DNA of 32,000 nucleotides from Endozoicomonas sp. Mp262 (GTDB lineage Bacteria; Pseudomonadota; Gammaproteobacteria; Pseudomonadales; Endozoicomonadaceae): NCBI RefSeq assembly GCF_025643335.1, contig NZ_CP092489.1, positions 4,934,581 to 4,966,580 of the forward strand, read 5' to 3'. Shown piece by piece: positions 27,674 to 32,000 of this stretch (position 1 is its first letter; each line of letters starts with the position of its first letter). The notes under the pieces were generated by a model. It saw only the letters and a program-made list of their open reading frames with translations, ran no database searches and was not told where the DNA came from. The position numbers and the translations under genes were made by a program.

Positions 27674-28852
27674 TTAATCAGTTTCACCAAGGAACACCTT
27701 AACTAACGTATTTCCTGAAGGCTTCACAGCTTCCACCACAGCCTGATAGTCGGCTTCTTTCACATCACCACTTAGACTAATTCGAGCAAAAACATCCACA
27801 ACAGCAACACCAGATAAAGTCCCGCCGCCCATCATCATGGCAGACTGATCGTCCAATACTATTTCCATGGGTAGTTCACCCAAAGTAACAGGAACCGCAG
27901 CAATAGGCGGTTTTTTCGTACCGCTTTCCCGGGCAAAGACGATCACCCGGGTATTGGCCGGGAGTTTTTTTAATTCCGGAGTAATGGCCACCCTAACCCT
28001 GATTTGCGATAGTTTTTCACCGCTGAGTGCCCTGGCTTTGGCAATGCCGGTAACTAACGCCTGACGGGCTATCGGGTCTCGTTCATTTTTCAAGGCTGTT
28101 TGCCAGGCTATAACCGCATCACGGTAACGTTGCTGTCCGAAAGCATCAATGCCTTGTAACCCGAGAGCCGTGGTATTGGCAGGGTCAAGGGCCAGCGCCT
28201 CCTGATACAGCTGCCGCACTTCAAAAGTCATCATATTGCTCTCCTGAAGGAATAGCGCCTGAGCCAGTTCAGATGAAACCCGGGAATTTTTATCTGATTG
28301 CCGGTACAGTGTCCGATATATTTCAACCGCCTCATCAATCCGCCCCATGGAGAAATAATTACTGCCCAGTAGATAAAGAGCCTGGGCATTATCCGGCTTT
28401 TTCTCAACCCAGCGTTTCAAGGCATCATTGACCTGTTCAGTGGTAGCGCTCTCCTGACCCAGCAACCGTGTCACTTCCAGTTCGGTATGGGCACCCAGCT
28501 GACTGTATAGCCCCAGGGAGACCGTCGGAACCAGCAGCCCCATAATCAGCGCAGGTATAACACCCGCCACTTTTAAACGGGATGGTTTAGCATGTTGAGC
28601 ACTAGATATCTCATTCAGCAGCTTTTTCTCAAGCTCAAGCTTCAACTCTTCTGCATCCGGTAAGCGCAACAGACCGCTGGCAACCCTTGATTCAATATCA
28701 CTTCGTTGTTCATTAAAGCTGGCCAGATTAGCGTGTTGCTGGCAGCTATCTTCACCCGCTATTACCGGTGTGTTTTTCCTGAAGATCAGCGGTGCAACAA
28801 CAAAAGCCACTGCAACCAGAATTAAAAGGGAAGCCACTGCCAGAAACATCAT
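27674..28852 (-). CDS. ccmI: Cytochrome c-type biogenesis protein CcmI (CycH), TPR-containing
   Basis: 392 aa. It has an N-terminal TM (MMFLAVASLLILVAVAFVVAPLIF), a second TM and TPR-like repeats. Its position after ccmH and the ATGA overlap with the ccmH stop support the call. Confidence 0.85.
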   Translation of the reverse strand: MMFLAVASLLILVAVAFVVAPLIFRKNTPVIAGEDSCQQHANLASFNEQRSDIESRVASGLLRLPDAEELKLELEKKLLNEISSAQHAKPSRLKVAGVIPALIMGLLVPTVSLGLYSQLGAHTELEVTRLLGQESATTEQVNDALKRWVEKKPDNAQALYLLGSNYFSMGRIDEAVEIYRTLYRQSDKNSRVSSELAQALFLQESNMMTFEVRQLYQEALALDPANTTALGLQGIDAFGQQRYRDAVIAWQTALKNERDPIARQALVTGIAKARALSGEKLSQIRVRVAITPELKKLPANTRVIVFARESGTKKPPIAAVPVTLGELPMEIVLDDQSAMMMGGGTLSGVAVVDVFARISLSGDVKEADYQAVVEAVKPSGNTLVKVFLGETD

Positions 28853-29343
28853 CGGTTACTCCTTTCCTGACCCACTTCAATAATCCGCTTTAGCCTTTGC
28901 CTTTGTTCCTGCGTCAATCCATCACTGACCTCCAGCGATTCAACTACTTTTTTCCTGGTATGTTTTCGGACAATCATAATGAGTGTGATTATCCCAAGCA
29001 AAAGCAGCCCCAAAGGGCCAAACCAGAGCGCGAGAGTTTCCAGCTTTAAAGGCGGGCGATATAAGACAAAATCCCCATAGCGGCTCAGCATAAAATCAAC
29101 CACCTGTTGATCATCAGCACCCTCCTGCAATAGCCGATAAACCTCTCCCCGCAAATCCTGGGCAATAGGTGCATTGGAATCAGCTATGGATTGATTCTGG
29201 CACTTCGGGCAGCGCAGCTCATTGGTGAGAGTAAAAAAACGCTGTTCCTGAATACTGTCCTGGAACTGGTAGGTATCAATAACGGCAAAAGCAGGCGACA
29301 GCATCACTGTCACTAACAAGCCCAACAGCCACTTGTTGATCAT
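28849..29343 (-). CDS. ccmH: Cytochrome c-type biogenesis protein CcmH (CycL)
   Basis: 164 aa with a signal peptide, the LRCPKCQNQSIADSNAPIA motif (LRCxxCQ) and a C-terminal TM. Confidence 0.92.
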   Translation of the reverse strand: MINKWLLGLLVTVMLSPAFAVIDTYQFQDSIQEQRFFTLTNELRCPKCQNQSIADSNAPIAQDLRGEVYRLLQEGADDQQVVDFMLSRYGDFVLYRPPLKLETLALWFGPLGLLLLGIITLIMIVRKHTRKKVVESLEVSDGLTQEQRQRLKRIIEVGQERSNR

Positions 29344-29894
29344 TGCCCCTTATCCTCCTGTTCCACGTTAAGCAGCGCATCATAATGAGGTTTCAGGGTA
29401 TTACTCCAAAGCTTCTCATCAACCACACCCACATGCTTGTAGCGAATAATCCCCTTTCTATCAATCAAATAGGTTTCGGGAGCGCCATAGACCCCCAGGT
29501 CAATACCCAGTTTTCCCTGAGGGTCACTGATACTGAATCGATAGGGGTTATGCAGTTCTTTTAGCCATTTCTTTGCAGATGCTGTCTCATCCTTATAATT
29601 CACGCCATAAATGGGTATTCCACGCTCTGCCAGTTTAACCAGAAAAGGGTGCTCAACCCGGCAGGAAATACACCAGGTGGCCCAAACATTAACCAAGGCA
29701 ACTTCGCCAATAAGGTCTTTCTCGGTGATAATCCGGTCATCACCCTCAACGGTGGCCAACTGAAAAGCCGGTAAAGGCTGGTTAAGAAGTGCTGAAGGCA
29801 GCTCCCCCTGTTTATCCCTGAATAGTCCCATATAAAGTAGCAAGCAAAGCCCAAGGAAAATAATCAAAGGCAAAAACATCTGCCAGCGCTTCAT
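29340..29894 (-). CDS. ccmG: Thiol:disulfide interchange protein DsbE/CcmG
   Basis: 184 aa with an N-terminal TM, the thioredoxin motif WATWCISCRVEHP and the GVYGAPETYLID motif. Confidence 0.92.
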   Translation of the reverse strand: MKRWQMFLPLIIFLGLCLLLYMGLFRDKQGELPSALLNQPLPAFQLATVEGDDRIITEKDLIGEVALVNVWATWCISCRVEHPFLVKLAERGIPIYGVNYKDETASAKKWLKELHNPYRFSISDPQGKLGIDLGVYGAPETYLIDRKGIIRYKHVGVVDEKLWSNTLKPHYDALLNVEQEDKGQ

Positions 29895-31900
29895 GCCTTT
29901 CCTCCTGTTAATTCAGGCTTGATCCACTGTGCCGTTGAATCCGGTGCAGCTGCCATCAAAGGACTGCGTAACCGGGTTCGGTATCTCCGGTCAGCAACGG
30001 CAATGGCACCTCCCAGGGCCATCAATAAGGCACCCAGCCAGATCCAGCGCACAAAAGGCTTGATATAAATTCTGAGCGCCCAGCTGCCCTGATCATCCAG
30101 CGCCTCACCCAGGGCAACATAAATATCCCGGGTCAGCCCCGGATCAATAGCGGCTTCCGTCATGGGCATACCCTGTACCTGAAACAGCCTTTTTTCCGGA
30201 TGCAAAACAGAAACCAGTCGCTCACCTCGATGCACAGTAACCGTGCCAAATTCAGAGATATAATTAGGACCAACCTGTCGTTCAACACCCTTAAACTGAA
30301 ACTGATAGTCTCCCAGGGAAACCCGGTCACCAGGTGTCATTCTCAGGTCTTTTTGCAGGCTATACCCTGAGCTGACAGCAACCCCAATGATCATGACCGC
30401 AAGCCCAAAGTGAGCCAGATGCATGCCGTAATAAGCAGGTTTTAATCGTCTGAGTCCGGTGCAAAAACCTTGATGACGGGTCTTATTCAACAAATCCCTG
30501 ATAATGGCTAATACAATCCAGGCAACCAGGGCTATGGCCAGCCATTCACTGATAATAAAATGCTTCCCATAAAACAGGCTAAACAGAAAACCGGCCATCA
30601 AACTGGCAAGAAAAAGCCACCGGGTCTGTGCCAATAGCCATGAGAGAGAGCTACTTTTCCAGTTCAGCAAAACCCCCACCCCCAGAGTAAAGGCCAATAA
30701 CATCGCCATAGGTACAAACAGGCTGTTGAAATAGGGAGGTCCCACTGAAACCATGCCCATATCCAGGGATTCCAGCAAAAGGGGAAATAACGTACCCAGC
30801 AAGACAGTGGCAGCACTCACCGTCAGTAGCACATTATTCACTAACAAAAGGGTTTCCCGTGACAGCCAGGAAAATTTAATCCGGCTGTTAACTTCAGGTG
30901 CCCTGATGGCAAACAAGGTTAATGAGCACCCCACAACAACCAGCAAATAAATTAAGATAAAGATCCCACGTTCCGGATCATTGGCAAAGGCATGGACAGA
31001 GGTCAAGACACCGGAGCGCACCAGGAAGGTTCCCAACAAACTGAGAGAAAAAGTAAAAATAGCCAGCAACAGGGTCCAGCTTTTAAACAGTCCCCGCTTT
31101 TCTGTCACAGCCAGCGAGTGCATCAAGGCCGTTCCCACCAGCCAGGGAATAAGAGAGGCATTTTCCACCGGGTCCCAGAACCACCAGCCTCCCCAGCCTA
31201 ATTCGTAATAAGCCCACCAGCTCCCCAAGGCAATTCCCAATGTCAGAAAACACCAGGCAACGGTGGTCCAGGGACGAACCCATCGTGCCCAGGCACTATC
31301 CAGCTGTCCCCCCAGTAAAGCGGCTATGGCAAAGGCAAAGGCAACCGCAAAACCAACATACCCCATATACAACATGGGAGGGTGCACAATCAGGCCAAAA
31401 TCCTGTAGCAGCGGATTCAAATCGGCCCCATCCGCCGGTGGAAATGGCAAAATTCTTGCGAATGGGTTAGAGGTCAGCAGCATAAATAGCAGGAAGCCAA
31501 TGGATACCATTGCCATAACTGAAAGCACCCTTGCAGCAAGCTCCAAGGGTAAACGACGACTCTTTAGCGCCACCACAGCCATCCAGCCGGTGAGGGTTAA
31601 CACCCAGAGCAAGAGAGAACCTTCATGACCTCCCCAGGTAGCACTGACTTTATACTGAGTAGGCAACAGACTATTGGAATGCCGGGCCACATAGTCCACC
31701 GAGAAATCATCCGTCAAAAATGACCAGACCAGACAAAGAAAGGCAAACAAAACAAACAGGCATTGACCATAGGCCAGAGGCCTCGCCTGCTGCATCCAGC
31801 GGCGATTACCGGTATAGCTTCCTGCCAGGGGGATCACTGACAACACCAGTGAAAGACACAGGGCCAGTATCAAGGCCAATAAGCCAAGTTCAGGAACCAT
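29891..31900 (-). CDS. ccmF: Cytochrome c heme lyase subunit CcmF
   Basis: 669 aa polytopic membrane protein with the WWD-type motif WGGWWFWDPVENASLIPW. Confidence 0.95.
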   Translation of the reverse strand: MVPELGLLALILALCLSLVLSVIPLAGSYTGNRRWMQQARPLAYGQCLFVLFAFLCLVWSFLTDDFSVDYVARHSNSLLPTQYKVSATWGGHEGSLLLWVLTLTGWMAVVALKSRRLPLELAARVLSVMAMVSIGFLLFMLLTSNPFARILPFPPADGADLNPLLQDFGLIVHPPMLYMGYVGFAVAFAFAIAALLGGQLDSAWARWVRPWTTVAWCFLTLGIALGSWWAYYELGWGGWWFWDPVENASLIPWLVGTALMHSLAVTEKRGLFKSWTLLLAIFTFSLSLLGTFLVRSGVLTSVHAFANDPERGIFILIYLLVVVGCSLTLFAIRAPEVNSRIKFSWLSRETLLLVNNVLLTVSAATVLLGTLFPLLLESLDMGMVSVGPPYFNSLFVPMAMLLAFTLGVGVLLNWKSSSLSWLLAQTRWLFLASLMAGFLFSLFYGKHFIISEWLAIALVAWIVLAIIRDLLNKTRHQGFCTGLRRLKPAYYGMHLAHFGLAVMIIGVAVSSGYSLQKDLRMTPGDRVSLGDYQFQFKGVERQVGPNYISEFGTVTVHRGERLVSVLHPEKRLFQVQGMPMTEAAIDPGLTRDIYVALGEALDDQGSWALRIYIKPFVRWIWLGALLMALGGAIAVADRRYRTRLRSPLMAAAPDSTAQWIKPELTGGKA

Positions 31901-32000
31901 AACCTACCCCTCCGGCAGCCTTACCCTTGGGGTGGACTTCATCAATGGCCTTCTGCACTTCTGGCGGCATATAGTTTTCATCATGCTTGGCCAACACTTC
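31890..32000 (-). CDS. ccmE: Cytochrome c-type biogenesis heme chaperone CcmE (3' end only; the 5' part lies outside the window)
   Basis: Own translation of the minus strand gives EVLAKHDENYMPPEVQKAIDEVHPKGKAAGGVGYGS*, matching the conserved CcmE C-terminal LAKHDENYxPPEV block. The stop overlaps the ccmF start region. Confidence 0.85.
   Translation of the reverse strand, partial: EVLAKHDENYMPPEVQKAIDEVHPKGKAAGGVGYGS

Overview
The window looks like a gammaproteobacterial chromosome. The gene order thrS-infC-rpmI-rplT, smc-zipA-ligA and ccmE-F-G-H-I resembles Pseudomonadales/Oceanospirillales. A host-associated, Endozoicomonas-like organism is only a guess. Well-conserved housekeeping blocks are broken up by visibly AT-richer islets bounded by long A-rich non-coding spacers. 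Each islet carries orphan genes with eukaryote-like features. (1) 228-1544 encodes a signal-peptide protein ending in a canonical C3HC4 RING finger. (2) 7523-9673 encodes a 716-aa orphan with a hydrophobic N-terminus. (3) 12357-13589 encodes a 410-aa signal-peptide orphan with a basic, NLS-like, Ser/Arg-rich tail. (4) 24328-27565 holds two tandem paralogues. The first paralogue ends in an 11-proline run, three WH2-like actin-binding motifs (one very close to the WASP/WAVE WH2) and an acidic ...DDDFE C-terminus, so it resembles a WASP/RickA-type or tandem-WH2 actin nucleator. I consider this dispersed set of putative host-targeting effectors the most interesting content. Other notable signals are three near-identical tRNA-Thr(GGU) anticodon-arm mimics (7-bp stem, loop CUGGUAU) in the thrS leader, a non-canonical ATC start for infC, and a 309-bp MITE-like element with 27-bp terminal inverted repeats plus a solo repeat copy 18 kb away. 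No rRNA, tRNA or CRISPR array was found. All functional calls rest on by-eye motif and family recognition. No database search was run.
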